A stretch of 64,000 bases of DNA from Escherichia coli (lineage in GTDB: Bacteria; Pseudomonadota; Gammaproteobacteria; Enterobacterales; Enterobacteriaceae): assembly GCF_046105845.1 (NCBI RefSeq), contig NZ_CP151004.1. One strand, written 5' to 3'. Below are positions 13,012 to 22,426 of this stretch, piece after piece. The first letter of the stretch is position 1, and each line of letters begins with the position of its first letter. The notes below the pieces were generated by a model. It was not told where the DNA came from, did not search any database, and worked only from the letters and a program-made list of their open reading frames with translations. The translations under genes were made by a program, and so were the position numbers.

Positions 13012-13050
13012 TACAAAACTTGTTGACAGAAAGTTAAAACAGTTTTGTAA
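13011..13050. promoter_or_regulatory. palindromic candidate operator in the bdcR-bdcA divergent promoter
   Basis: TTACAAAAC...TTGACA...GTTTTGTAA: 9-bp inverted arms flanking a -35-like TTGACA, between the two divergent starts. Confidence 0.55.
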
Positions 13051-13081
13051 TGCATGTTACATAATAAATCAAGGAGTCCTT

Positions 13082-13795
13082 ATGGGCGCTTTTACAGGTA
13101 AGACAGTTCTCATCCTCGGTGGCAGCCGTGGAATCGGTGCCGCTATCGTACGTCGTTTCGTCACCGATGGGGCCAATGTACGATTCACCTATGCGGGGTC
13201 GAAAGATGCCGCTGAACGCCTGGCACAAGAGACTGGAGCGACAGCAGTATTCACAGATAGTGCTGACAGAGACGCTGTTATTGATGTCGTTCGTAAGAGC
13301 GGCGCATTGGATATCCTGGTGGTAAATGCAGGTATTGGCGTCTTTGGCAATGCCCTGGAATTAAATGCCGACGATATTGATCGCCTTTTCAAAATCAATA
13401 TTCATGCTCCTTACCATGCCTCTGTTGAAGCCGCCCGGCAGATGCCCGAAGGCGGGCGCATCTTAATCATCGGCTCCGTGAATGGCGATCGTATGCCTGT
13501 TGCAGGCATGGCTGCTTATGCCGCCAGTAAATCTGCCCTGCAAGGCATGGCGCGCGGGCTGGCCCGTGATTTTGGACCGCGAGGGATCACCATTAACGTC
13601 GTCCAGCCTGGGCCAATAGATACCGACGCTAATCCCGCCAACGGGCCAATGCGCGATATGTTGCATGGTTTTATGGCTATTAAAAGACATGGGCAACCGG
13701 AAGAGGTCGCTGGAATGGTCGCATGGTTAGCAGGGCCAGAAGCCAGTTTTGTTACCGGCGCGATGCATACCATTGATGGCGCGTTTGGCGCATAA
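13082..13795 (+). CDS. bdcA: short-chain dehydrogenase/reductase BdcA (YjgI), c-di-GMP-binding biofilm dispersal protein
   Basis: MGAFTGKTVLILGGSRGIGAAI... Rossmann motif; 237 aa from ATG 13082 with AAGGAG RBS. Confidence 0.9.
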   Translation: MGAFTGKTVLILGGSRGIGAAIVRRFVTDGANVRFTYAGSKDAAERLAQETGATAVFTDSADRDAVIDVVRKSGALDILVVNAGIGVFGNALELNADDIDRLFKINIHAPYHASVEAARQMPEGGRILIIGSVNGDRMPVAGMAAYAASKSALQGMARGLARDFGPRGITINVVQPGPIDTDANPANGPMRDMLHGFMAIKRHGQPEEVAGMVAWLAGPEASFVTGAMHTIDGAFGA

Positions 13796-13926
13796 CCGAC
13801 TACGCTCAATTAAGCCCAGCCATTATCCATGATGTCTGGGTTTTGTTTACTCACGTCGTCCCCCTAAAAGCGGCTCCCGGTAAATATAAATCTTCTGTTC
13901 ATGTCGTAAATCTTGGGGATAACCAA

Positions 13927-14322
13927 ATGGTAGAAAGAACCGCTGTTTTCCCTGCTGGCCGACATTCACTGTATGCTGAACATCGTTATTCTGCGGCTAT
14001 TCGTTCCGGCGATTTGCTGTTTGTTTCCGGGCAAGTAGGAAGTCGAGAGGACGGAACACCAGAACCCGATTTTCAGCAACAAGTCAGACTGGCATTTGAT
14101 AATTTGCATGCGACCCTGGCTGCCGCGGGATGCACTTTTGACGATATCATTGATGTTACGAGCTTTCATACCGATCCAGAAAAACAATTTGAAAACATCA
14201 TGACGGTGAAAAATGAAATATTTAGCGCCCCACCTTATCCAACCTGGACGGCGGTGGGCGTTACATGGCTGGCAGGCTTTGATTTTGAAATTAAAGTGAT
14301 AGCGCGCATCCCTGAGCTATAA
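13927..14322 (+). CDS. yjgH: RidA/YjgF-family protein YjgH
   Basis: 131-aa ORF from ATG 13927 (MVERTAVFPAGRHSLYAEH...). Confidence 0.85.
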   Translation: MVERTAVFPAGRHSLYAEHRYSAAIRSGDLLFVSGQVGSREDGTPEPDFQQQVRLAFDNLHATLAAAGCTFDDIIDVTSFHTDPEKQFENIMTVKNEIFSAPPYPTWTAVGVTWLAGFDFEIKVIARIPEL

Positions 14323-14549
14323 GCAATAGTGTTAGCCGTTCGTTTTCACACTCCGCCCTATAAATCGGATGAATGGAATAAAATGCATTTCTAATTGCGT
14401 GAAAGTGAAAAAGAAAAAAGCAGGAAATGTCTGCAATTATTGATACCGAACGACAGTTCCCCTTCAGAATCACAACAAATAAAAATGCATGTATTTTGAC
14501 TTTTAATTCAAATAAACCGTTTGCGCTGACAAAATATTGCATCAAATGC

Positions 14550-14577
14550 TTGCACCGCTTCTGACGATGAGTATAAT
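14550..14577 (+). promoter_or_regulatory. pyrLBI promoter (-35 TTGCAC / -10 TATAAT)
   Basis: ttgcac ... tataat with about 16-bp spacing, about 30 bp upstream of pyrL. Confidence 0.5.
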
Positions 14578-14602
14578 GCCGGACAATTTGCCGGGAGGAT
14601 GT

Positions 14603-14737
14603 ATGGTTCAGTGTGTTCGACATTTTGTCTTACCGCGTCTGAAAAAAGACGCTGGCCTGCCGTTTTTCTTCCCGTTGATCACCCATTCCCAGCCCCTCAA
14701 TCGAGGGGCTTTTTTTTGCCCAGGCGTCAGGAGATAA
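14603..14737 (+). CDS. pyrL: pyrBI operon leader peptide PyrL
   Basis: 44-codon ORF MVQCVRHFVLPRLKKDAGLPFFFPLITHSQPLNRGAFFCPGVRR spanning the attenuator. Confidence 0.85.
   Translation: MVQCVRHFVLPRLKKDAGLPFFFPLITHSQPLNRGAFFCPGVRR
14692..14717 (+). terminator. pyrBI attenuator (rho-independent terminator within the leader)
   Basis: gcccctcaatcgaggggc hairpin followed by T8, 24 bp upstream of pyrB ATG. Confidence 0.85.
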
Positions 14738-14740
14738 AAG

Positions 14741-15676
14741 ATGGCTAATCCGCTATATCAGAAACATATCATTTCCATAAACGACCTTAGTCGCGATGAC
14801 CTTAATCTGGTGCTGGCGACAGCGGCGAAACTGAAAGCAAACCCGCAACCAGAGCTGTTGAAGCACAAAGTCATTGCCAGCTGTTTCTTCGAAGCCTCTA
14901 CCCGTACCCGCCTCTCTTTCGAAACTTCCATGCACCGCCTGGGTGCCAGCGTGGTGGGCTTCTCCGACAGCGCCAATACATCACTGGGTAAAAAAGGCGA
15001 AACGCTGGCCGATACCATTTCGGTTATCAGCACTTACGTCGATGCGATAGTGATGCGTCATCCGCAGGAAGGTGCGGCGCGCCTGGCCACCGAATTTTCC
15101 GGCAATGTACCGGTACTGAATGCCGGTGATGGCTCCAACCAACATCCGACGCAAACCTTGCTGGACTTATTCACCATTCAGGAAACCCAGGGGCGTCTGG
15201 ACAATCTCCACGTCGCAATGGTTGGTGACCTGAAATATGGCCGCACCGTTCACTCCCTGACTCAGGCGTTAGCGAAGTTCGACGGCAACCGTTTTTACTT
15301 CATCGCGCCGGACGCGCTGGCAATGCCGCAATACATTCTGGATATGCTCGATGAAAAAGGGATCGCCTGGAGTCTGCACAGCTCTATTGAAGAAGTGATG
15401 GCGGAAGTAGACATCCTGTACATGACTCGCGTGCAAAAAGAGCGTCTGGACCCGTCCGAGTACGCCAACGTGAAAGCGCAGTTTGTTCTTCGCGCCAGCG
15501 ATCTCCACAACGCCAAAGCCAATATGAAAGTGCTGCATCCGCTGCCGCGTGTTGATGAGATTGCCACCGATGTTGATAAAACGCCGCACGCCTGGTACTT
15601 CCAGCAGGCAGGCAACGGGATTTTCGCTCGCCAGGCGTTACTGGCACTGGTTCTGAATCGCGATCTGGTACTGTAA
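14741..15676 (+). CDS. pyrB: aspartate carbamoyltransferase catalytic subunit PyrB
   Basis: 311-aa ORF with STRTR and HPLP motifs. Confidence 0.97.
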
Positions 15677-15688
15677 GGGGAAATAGAG

Positions 15689-16150
15689 ATGACACACGAT
15701 AATAAATTGCAGGTTGAAGCTATTAAACGCGGCACGGTAATTGACCATATCCCCGCCCAGATCGGTTTTAAGCTGTTGAGTCTGTTCAAGCTGACCGAAA
15801 CGGATCAGCGCATCACCATTGGCCTGAACCTGCCTTCTGGCGAGATGGGCCGCAAAGATCTGATCAAAATTGAAAATACCTTTTTGAGTGAAGATCAGGT
15901 AGATCAACTGGCATTGTATGCGCCGCAAGCCACGGTAAATCGTATCGACAACTATGAAGTGGTTGGCAAATCGCGCCCCAGTCTGCCGGAGCGCATCGAC
16001 AATGTGCTGGTCTGCCCGAACAGCAACTGTATCAGCCATGCCGAACCGGTTTCTTCCAGCTTTGCCGTGCGAAAACGCGCCAATGACATCGCGCTCAAAT
16101 GCAAATACTGTGAAAAAGAGTTTTCCCATAATGTGGTGCTGGCCAATTAA
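15689..16150 (+). CDS. pyrI: aspartate carbamoyltransferase regulatory subunit PyrI
   Basis: 153-aa ORF with C-terminal zinc-binding cysteines (CPNSNC...CKYCEK). Confidence 0.97.
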
Positions 16151-16222
16151 TTGCGGTTGGTAATAAAAGTCTGGCTCCCTATAATGAGCCAGACTTTTTA
16201 CCGCTGTAATAAAGGAGAAATC

Positions 16223-16609
16223 ATGAGCAAAACTATCGCGACGGAAAATGCACCGGCAGCTATCGGTCCTTACGTACAGGGCGTTGATCTGGGCAATATG
16301 ATCATCACCTCCGGTCAGATCCCGGTAAATCCGAAAACGGGCGAAGTACCGGCAGACGTCGCTGCACAGGCTCGTCAGTCGCTGGATAACGTAAAAGCGA
16401 TCGTCGAAGCCGCAGGCCTGAAAGTGGGCGACATCGTTAAAACCACCGTGTTTGTGAAAGATCTGAACGACTTCGCAACCGTTAATGCTACCTACGAAGC
16501 CTTCTTCACCGAACACAACGCCACCTTCCCGGCACGTTCTTGCGTTGAAGTTGCCCGTCTGCCGAAAGACGTGAAGATTGAGATCGAAGCGATCGCTGTT
16601 CGTCGCTAA
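16223..16609 (+). CDS. ridA: enamine/imine deaminase RidA (YjgF)
   Basis: 128-aa ORF MSKTIATENAPAAIGPYVQG...; ATG 16223 after AAGGAG. Confidence 0.9.
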   Translation: MSKTIATENAPAAIGPYVQGVDLGNMIITSGQIPVNPKTGEVPADVAAQARQSLDNVKAIVEAAGLKVGDIVKTTVFVKDLNDFATVNATYEAFFTEHNATFPARSCVEVARLPKDVKIEIEAIAVRR

Positions 16610-16620
16610 TCTTGATGGAA

Positions 16621-16804
16621 ATCCGGGCTATCATGCCCGGATTAAGTCTGATGACAAACGCAAAATCGCCTGATGCGCTACGCTTATCAGGCCTACGTGA
16701 TTCCTGCAATTTATTGAATTTGTAGGCCGGATTGGGCGTTTACGCCGCATCCGGCATGAACAAAGCTCACTTTGTCTGCAATCTGAATCCGGGCCACCAT
16801 GCCC
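16621..16804. repeat. REP/BIME cluster with flanking hairpins between ridA and mgtA
   Basis: gcctgatgcgctacgcttatcaggcctac and gtaggccggattgggcgtttacgccgcatccggcatg REP units; hairpin atccgggctatcatgcccggat at 16621-16642. Confidence 0.6.
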
Positions 16805-16814
16805 AGTTTATTCT

Positions 16815-19511
16815 TTACTGCCAGCCGTAACGACGGCTATAGAACCCTTTCACCAACTGGGTTAACGTCATATACCCTGCCAGAATCGCAACCAGCCACG
16901 GGAAATAGCTTAACGGCAGCGCCTGCAGCTGCAGATAACTGGCCAGCGGTGAAAACGGCAATGCGATCCCGACAATCATCACGATCACGGTCATGATCAT
17001 TAACGGCCACGATGCACAGCTCTGAATAAACGGTACACGACGGGTGCGGATCATATGCACAATCAGCGTTTGCGACAGTAAGCCCACCACAAACCAGCCC
17101 GACTGGAACAGCGTTTGCGTTTCCGGCGTGTTGGCATGGAATACCCACCACATCAGGCAAAACGTCAGAATATCGAAGATCGAGCTGATCGGTCCGAAGA
17201 AGATCATAAAGCGCCCCAGATCCGCCGGATTCCAACGCTGCGGCTTTTGAATTTGCTCGTCGTCGACGTTATCAAACGGGATCGCCACCTGTGACACATC
17301 GTACAGCAGGTTCTGAATAAGCAAGTGTAACGGCAACATCGGCAGGAAGGGCAAGAAAGCACTCGCCACCAGCACGCTGAACACATTACCGAAGTTAGAG
17401 CTCGCCGTCATTTTGATGTATTTCAGCATGTTGGCGAAAGTGCGACGTCCCTCAATAACCCCCTCTTCCAGCACCATCAGGCTTTTTTCCAGCAGGATGA
17501 TATCAGCCGCTTCACGGGCAATATCTACCGCGCCGTCCACAGAAATGCCGATATCCGCAGCACGTAAGGCGGGCGCATCATTTATACCATCGCCCATAAA
17601 GCCAACCACATGCCCTTCGCGCTTCAGTAAGGTCACAATGCGTTCTTTATGCATCGGCGTCAGGCGAGCAAACAGCGTGGTGCGCTGTGCGAGATTTGCC
17701 AGTTCATCGTCAGATAGCGTTTCAATATCACTACCAATGACCACCTCTCCCGCGTCCAGCCCCACTTCATGGCACACTTTCGCTGCAACTAACTCACTGT
17801 CGCCAGTAAGGATTTTTACGGTAATGCCACTCGCTTTTAATGCCTTCAGTGCCGGAGCAGTTGTCTCTTTTGGCGGATCAAGGAAAGCAATATATCCTTC
17901 GAGGATCAGGTCGGATTCATCCGCTCGCTGGTAATCGCCTTCACGCGCTGGCAGGTATTTCGTCGCCACCGCAACCACGCGCAGCCCCTGACGATTCAGC
18001 GTATCGGTAACCCGCTTAATCTTACGCAGCATGGTGTCATCGAGTGGTACAATCTCGCCATTGTGACGCACCTGCGAACACACATTGAGGATTTCCTGCA
18101 ATGCGCCTTTGCAAACCAGCTGATGGTGTTCGGTATTTTCTGCCACTACCACCGACATCCGGCGACGCTCGAAATCAAACGGAATCTCATCAATTTTTTG
18201 CCAACGGCTGGCCAGCGAGCGCGCTGACTCTTCATCCGTACCTTCGAGCACCGCTGTATCAAGCAGGTTTTTAAGCCCGGTCTGGTAATGACTGTTCAAC
18301 CACGCGCTATGCAGCACGCGTTCGCTGGTTTTACCGGAGATATCGGTATGATTCTCCAGCACAATTTTATCCTGTGTCAGGGTGCCGGTTTTATCAGTGC
18401 ACAGAATATCCATTGCGCCAAAGTTCTGAATGGCATCCAGATGCTTGACGATCACTTTCTGTTTCGACAGCTTTACTGCGCCGCGCGCCAGCGTCGAGGT
18501 AACAATCATCGGCAACATTTCTGGCGTTAAGCCTACCGCGACCGAAAGCGCAAACAGCGCCGCTTCCCACCAGTCGCCTTTGGTGTAACCATTGATTAAC
18601 AGCACCACCGGTGCCATCACCAGCATAAAGCGAATCAGCAGCATACTGACGCGGCTGATCCCTTGCTGAAAGGCATTCGGCTCGCTTTCCTGCTCACTAA
18701 CACGCCCCGCCAGTTGACCAAACCAGGTGTTGGCTCCTGTAGCAATCACCATTGCTTGTGCCGTGCCGCTCACCACGGTGGTGCCCATAAAACACAGGGT
18801 GTCGCACTCCAGTGGATTGCTGTGCTCCGGCTGGCGAGTAGTAGCGGCTTTTTCCACGGGCAGAGACTCACCGGTTAACGACGCCTGAGCGACGAACAGA
18901 TCCCGCGCCTGCAAGATACGTAAATCTGCCGGGATCATATCCCCTGCCGCCAGTTTTATAATATCGCCGGGCACCAGCTGGTCGATCGGGATCTCCAGCC
19001 AGCCATTTTCGCCTTTGTCGTTAATTACGCGCAGCACCGTCGCGGTATTGCTGACCATCGCTTTCAGGGCATCTGCCGCTTTAGTGGAACGTGCTTCCTG
19101 AATAAAGTTCAGCAACGTAGAAATAGCGACCATTAGCGCGATAACGCCCGCGGCAAATAAATCTTCCGTGGCGTAAGAAATAGCGCCGAGAATGGTGAGT
19201 AAAATATTAAAGGGGTTGCGATAGCAGACCCATAAATGTACCCACCACGGCGACGGTTGTTGTGCGGGTAATTTATTATCACCATGTTGTTCGCGGGCAG
19301 ATTCCACTTCCGCCTGATTTAATCCTTCCGGATGGGTGTCGAACGTTTTCCACAATTCTTCTTCGGGCATCACCGCCATTTTCAGGCAATGCGCACTTAA
19401 GGACGGCGGGACCGCCGTATTCACTGTCTGCTGCGCGCCAGGCAATGGATCGCGATGAACCAGACGGGAAGGTAAATGGCGAATGAACCGGGTAAAAATT
19501 TCTTTAAACAT
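16815..19511 (-). CDS. mgtA: Mg2+-importing P-type ATPase MgtA
   Basis: 898-aa ORF with P-type ATPase motifs (DKTGTLT, TGDS, GDGINDAPAL). Confidence 0.97.
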   Translation of the reverse strand: MFKEIFTRFIRHLPSRLVHRDPLPGAQQTVNTAVPPSLSAHCLKMAVMPEEELWKTFDTHPEGLNQAEVESAREQHGDNKLPAQQPSPWWVHLWVCYRNPFNILLTILGAISYATEDLFAAGVIALMVAISTLLNFIQEARSTKAADALKAMVSNTATVLRVINDKGENGWLEIPIDQLVPGDIIKLAAGDMIPADLRILQARDLFVAQASLTGESLPVEKAATTRQPEHSNPLECDTLCFMGTTVVSGTAQAMVIATGANTWFGQLAGRVSEQESEPNAFQQGISRVSMLLIRFMLVMAPVVLLINGYTKGDWWEAALFALSVAVGLTPEMLPMIVTSTLARGAVKLSKQKVIVKHLDAIQNFGAMDILCTDKTGTLTQDKIVLENHTDISGKTSERVLHSAWLNSHYQTGLKNLLDTAVLEGTDEESARSLASRWQKIDEIPFDFERRRMSVVVAENTEHHQLVCKGALQEILNVCSQVRHNGEIVPLDDTMLRKIKRVTDTLNRQGLRVVAVATKYLPAREGDYQRADESDLILEGYIAFLDPPKETTAPALKALKASGITVKILTGDSELVAAKVCHEVGLDAGEVVIGSDIETLSDDELANLAQRTTLFARLTPMHKERIVTLLKREGHVVGFMGDGINDAPALRAADIGISVDGAVDIAREAADIILLEKSLMVLEEGVIEGRRTFANMLKYIKMTASSNFGNVFSVLVASAFLPFLPMLPLHLLIQNLLYDVSQVAIPFDNVDDEQIQKPQRWNPADLGRFMIFFGPISSIFDILTFCLMWWVFHANTPETQTLFQSGWFVVGLLSQTLIVHMIRTRRVPFIQSCASWPLMIMTVIVMIVGIALPFSPLASYLQLQALPLSYFPWLVAILAGYMTLTQLVKGFYSRRYGWQ

Positions 19512-19775
19512 AAGGAGTCCCTCCGTACTGTCTGAAACAGTACAGAAATGTCTTCAGGCGTGGCGAAGCCTTACCTGAAGGTAATAAAGCTGAGCAGGGA
19601 CGTTAAAACGTCACGGCCTTACGCATCCGGTAACGCCGTGAAAAGACGGGCTTACCGGAAAAGTTTTAATCTCCGTCGAGGGAGAGGCGTGGGATCAGGT
19701 TCCATATAACCTCCGGTAAGTGAAAAAAGCGCCGCAAATAATAAGGAGAATCCAATAATATTCGTAGCATCTATG
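19512..19775 (-). promoter_or_regulatory. mgtA 5' leader (Mg2+/proline-responsive regulatory leader containing mgtL)
   Basis: Long untranslated region between the PhoP-box promoter and mgtA ATG, containing the proline-rich mgtL ORF. Confidence 0.6.
19652..19705 (-). CDS. mgtL: mgtA leader peptide MgtL
   Basis: 17-codon [20 protein letters not shown] within the mgtA leader. Confidence 0.75.
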
Positions 19776-19798
19776 GCGATATAATACCTGCTGGCAAC

Positions 19799-19815
19799 TA
19801 AACCAACGATAAACC
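19799..19815 (-). promoter_or_regulatory. PhoP box of the mgtA promoter
   Basis: Minus-strand sequence GGTTTA-tcgtt-GGTTTA: perfect direct hexamer repeat with 5-bp spacer. Confidence 0.65.
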
Positions 19816-19889
19816 AGACTTTACCCATTGCTGAATGCACGGGTAAAGTTAGGCTCAAATAATTAAACAACACGTTACGGGACAACAGG

Positions 19890-20837
19890 ATGCAAAATCG
19901 GCTGACCATCAAAGACATCGCGCGCTTAAGCGGCGTGGGGAAATCTACGGTTTCCCGGGTGCTGAATAACGAAAGCGGCGTGAGCCAGCGCACGCGCGAG
20001 CGTGTTGAAGCAGTGATGAATCAGCATGGATTTTCCCCTTCCCGCTCTGCGCGCGCTATGCGTGGTCAAAGCGATAAAGTGGTCGCCATCATTGTTACCC
20101 GTCTGGATTCGTTGTCAGAAAATCTCGCCGTTCAAACCATGCTGCCAGCGTTCTATGAACAAGGTTACGACCCAATCATGATGGAAAGTCAGTTTTCCCC
20201 GCAATTAGTTGCCGAACATTTGGGGGTGCTGAAACGGCGTAATATCGACGGCGTAGTGCTGTTCGGTTTTACCGGCATAACAGAAGAAATGTTAGCCCAC
20301 TGGCAGTCATCGCTGGTTCTGCTGGCGCGTGACGCAAAAGGCTTTGCTTCGGTCTGTTATGACGACGAAGGGGCAATCAAGATCCTGATGCAACGGCTGT
20401 ATGACCAGGGACATCGTAATATCAGTTATCTCGGCGTGCCGCACAGTGACGTGACGACCGGTAAGCGACGTCACGAAGCCTACCTGGCGTTCTGCAAAGC
20501 GCATAAACTGCATCCCGTTGCCGCCCTGCCAGGCCTTGCTATGAAGCAAGGCTATGAGAACGTAGCAAAAGTGATTACGCCTGAAACTACCGCCTTACTG
20601 TGCGCAACCGACACGCTGGCACTTGGTGCAAGTAAATACCTGCAAGAGCAACGCATCGACACCTTGCAACTGGCGAGCGTCGGTAATACGCCGTTAATGA
20701 AATTCCTCCATCCGGAGATCGTCACCGTAGATCCCGGTTACGCCGAAGCTGGACGCCAGGCGGCCTGCCAGTTGATCGCGCAGGTAACCGGGCGCAGCGA
20801 ACCGCAACAAATCATCATCCCCGCCACCCTGTCCTGA
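19890..20837 (+). CDS. treR: trehalose operon repressor TreR (LacI family)
   Basis: 315-aa ORF with N-terminal LacI-type HTH (LTIKDIARLSGVGKSTVSRVLNN). Confidence 0.95.
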   Translation: MQNRLTIKDIARLSGVGKSTVSRVLNNESGVSQRTRERVEAVMNQHGFSPSRSARAMRGQSDKVVAIIVTRLDSLSENLAVQTMLPAFYEQGYDPIMMESQFSPQLVAEHLGVLKRRNIDGVVLFGFTGITEEMLAHWQSSLVLLARDAKGFASVCYDDEGAIKILMQRLYDQGHRNISYLGVPHSDVTTGKRRHEAYLAFCKAHKLHPVAALPGLAMKQGYENVAKVITPETTALLCATDTLALGASKYLQEQRIDTLQLASVGNTPLMKFLHPEIVTVDPGYAEAGRQAACQLIAQVTGRSEPQQIIIPATLS

Positions 20838-20890
20838 TCGTTTCCTGAACGATAAATTGTGATCTTCGCTGCGTTTCGGGAACGTTCCCG
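20838..20890 (+). promoter_or_regulatory. treBC promoter region with palindromic TreR-like operators and a CRP-like half site
   Basis: Palindromes tcgtttcctgaacga (20838-20852) and cgggaacgttcccg (20877-20890); aaattgtgatct resembles a CRP half-site. Confidence 0.5.
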
Positions 20891-20955
20891 TTTTTAAATT
20901 TTTCCGCGCAATATATTCTGCAGCCAACCAAAAATGTCATCTGCCATGGGGCTTT

Positions 20956-22377
20956 ATGATGAGCAAAATAAACCAAACGGATATCGATCGGTTGATTGAA
21001 CTGGTCGGCGGGCGCGGCAATATTGCGACGGTGAGCCACTGTATAACTCGCCTGCGCTTTGTCCTCAACCAACCGGCCAATGCCAGACCGAAAGAAATTG
21101 AGCAACTCCCCATGGTGAAAGGCTGTTTCACCAATGCCGGGCAATTTCAGGTGGTAATTGGCACCAACGTGGGTGATTACTATCAAGCACTGATAGCGTC
21201 AACCGGACAGGCGCAGGTTGATAAAGAGCAGGTAAAAAAAGCCGCCCGGCAGAATATGAAATGGCATGAGCAGTTGATCTCTCATTTCGCGGAGATTTTC
21301 TTCCCGTTGCTGCCCGCGTTGATTAGCGGCGGTTTGATCCTCGGTTTTCGCAATGTGATCGGCGATTTGCCCATGAGCAACGGTCAGACGCTGGCGCAAA
21401 TGTACCCTTCCCTGCAAACGATCTACGATTTTCTGTGGTTGATCGGTGAAGCGATCTTCTTCTACCTACCGGTCGGGATTTGCTGGTCAGCGGTGAAAAA
21501 AATGGGCGGTACACCGATCCTCGGTATCGTGCTTGGCGTAACGCTGGTTTCTCCACAGCTGATGAACGCTTATCTGCTCGGGCAGCAGCTGCCGGAAGTA
21601 TGGGACTTTGGCATGTTCAGCATCGCCAAAGTGGGCTATCAGGCGCAGGTGATCCCGGCACTGTTAGCCGGGCTGGCGCTGGGCGTTATTGAAACTCGCC
21701 TTAAACGCATCGTGCCGGATTACCTCTATCTGGTGGTGGTGCCCGTCTGTTCGCTGATCCTCGCGGTGTTCCTCGCCCATGCGCTGATTGGTCCGTTTGG
21801 TCGCATGATTGGCGATGGCGTTGCCTTTGCGGTACGTCACCTGATGACCGGCAGCTTTGCTCCGATTGGCGCGGCATTGTTTGGCTTCCTGTACGCCCCG
21901 CTGGTGATCACCGGCGTACATCAGACCACGCTTGCTATTGATTTGCAGATGATTCAAAGCATGGGTGGTACGCCAGTGTGGCCGCTGATTGCGCTGTCGA
22001 ATATCGCTCAGGGTTCCGCCGTGATAGGCATTATCATTTCCAGCCGCAAGCACAATGAACGCGAGATCTCCGTGCCTGCCGCTATCTCCGCCTGGCTTGG
22101 AGTCACTGAGCCTGCTATGTACGGCATCAACCTGAAATATCGCTTCCCGATGCTGTGCGCGATGGTTGGTTCTGGTCTGGCAGGATTGCTATGCGGCCTG
22201 AACGGCGTTATGGCGAATGGCATCGGCGTAGGCGGCCTGCCGGGAATTCTCTCGATTCAACCGAGCTACTGGCAGGTGTTTGCGCTGGCAATGGCTATCG
22301 CCATCATCATCCCGATTGTACTCACCTCGTTTATCTATCAGCGGAAATACCGCCTGGGCACGCTGGACATTGTTTAA
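20956..22377 (+). CDS. treB: PTS trehalose-specific EIIBC component TreB
   Basis: 473-aa ORF with EIIB cysteine motif (SHCITRLR) and a multi-pass EIIC domain. Confidence 0.95.
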   Translation: MMSKINQTDIDRLIELVGGRGNIATVSHCITRLRFVLNQPANARPKEIEQLPMVKGCFTNAGQFQVVIGTNVGDYYQALIASTGQAQVDKEQVKKAARQNMKWHEQLISHFAEIFFPLLPALISGGLILGFRNVIGDLPMSNGQTLAQMYPSLQTIYDFLWLIGEAIFFYLPVGICWSAVKKMGGTPILGIVLGVTLVSPQLMNAYLLGQQLPEVWDFGMFSIAKVGYQAQVIPALLAGLALGVIETRLKRIVPDYLYLVVVPVCSLILAVFLAHALIGPFGRMIGDGVAFAVRHLMTGSFAPIGAALFGFLYAPLVITGVHQTTLAIDLQMIQSMGGTPVWPLIALSNIAQGSAVIGIIISSRKHNEREISVPAAISAWLGVTEPAMYGINLKYRFPMLCAMVGSGLAGLLCGLNGVMANGIGVGGLPGILSIQPSYWQVFALAMAIAIIIPIVLTSFIYQRKYRLGTLDIV

Positions 22378-22385
22378 TTTTCTTC

Positions 22386-22403
22386 GGGGCGCAATTGCGC
22401 CCC
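22386..22403 (+). other. perfect 18-bp palindrome/hairpin in the treB-treC intercistronic spacer
   Basis: ggggcgcaattgcgcccc immediately after the treB stop, with no adjacent T-run. Confidence 0.5.
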
Positions 22404-22426
22404 CTCGCATTTGCAGGAATAACGTA

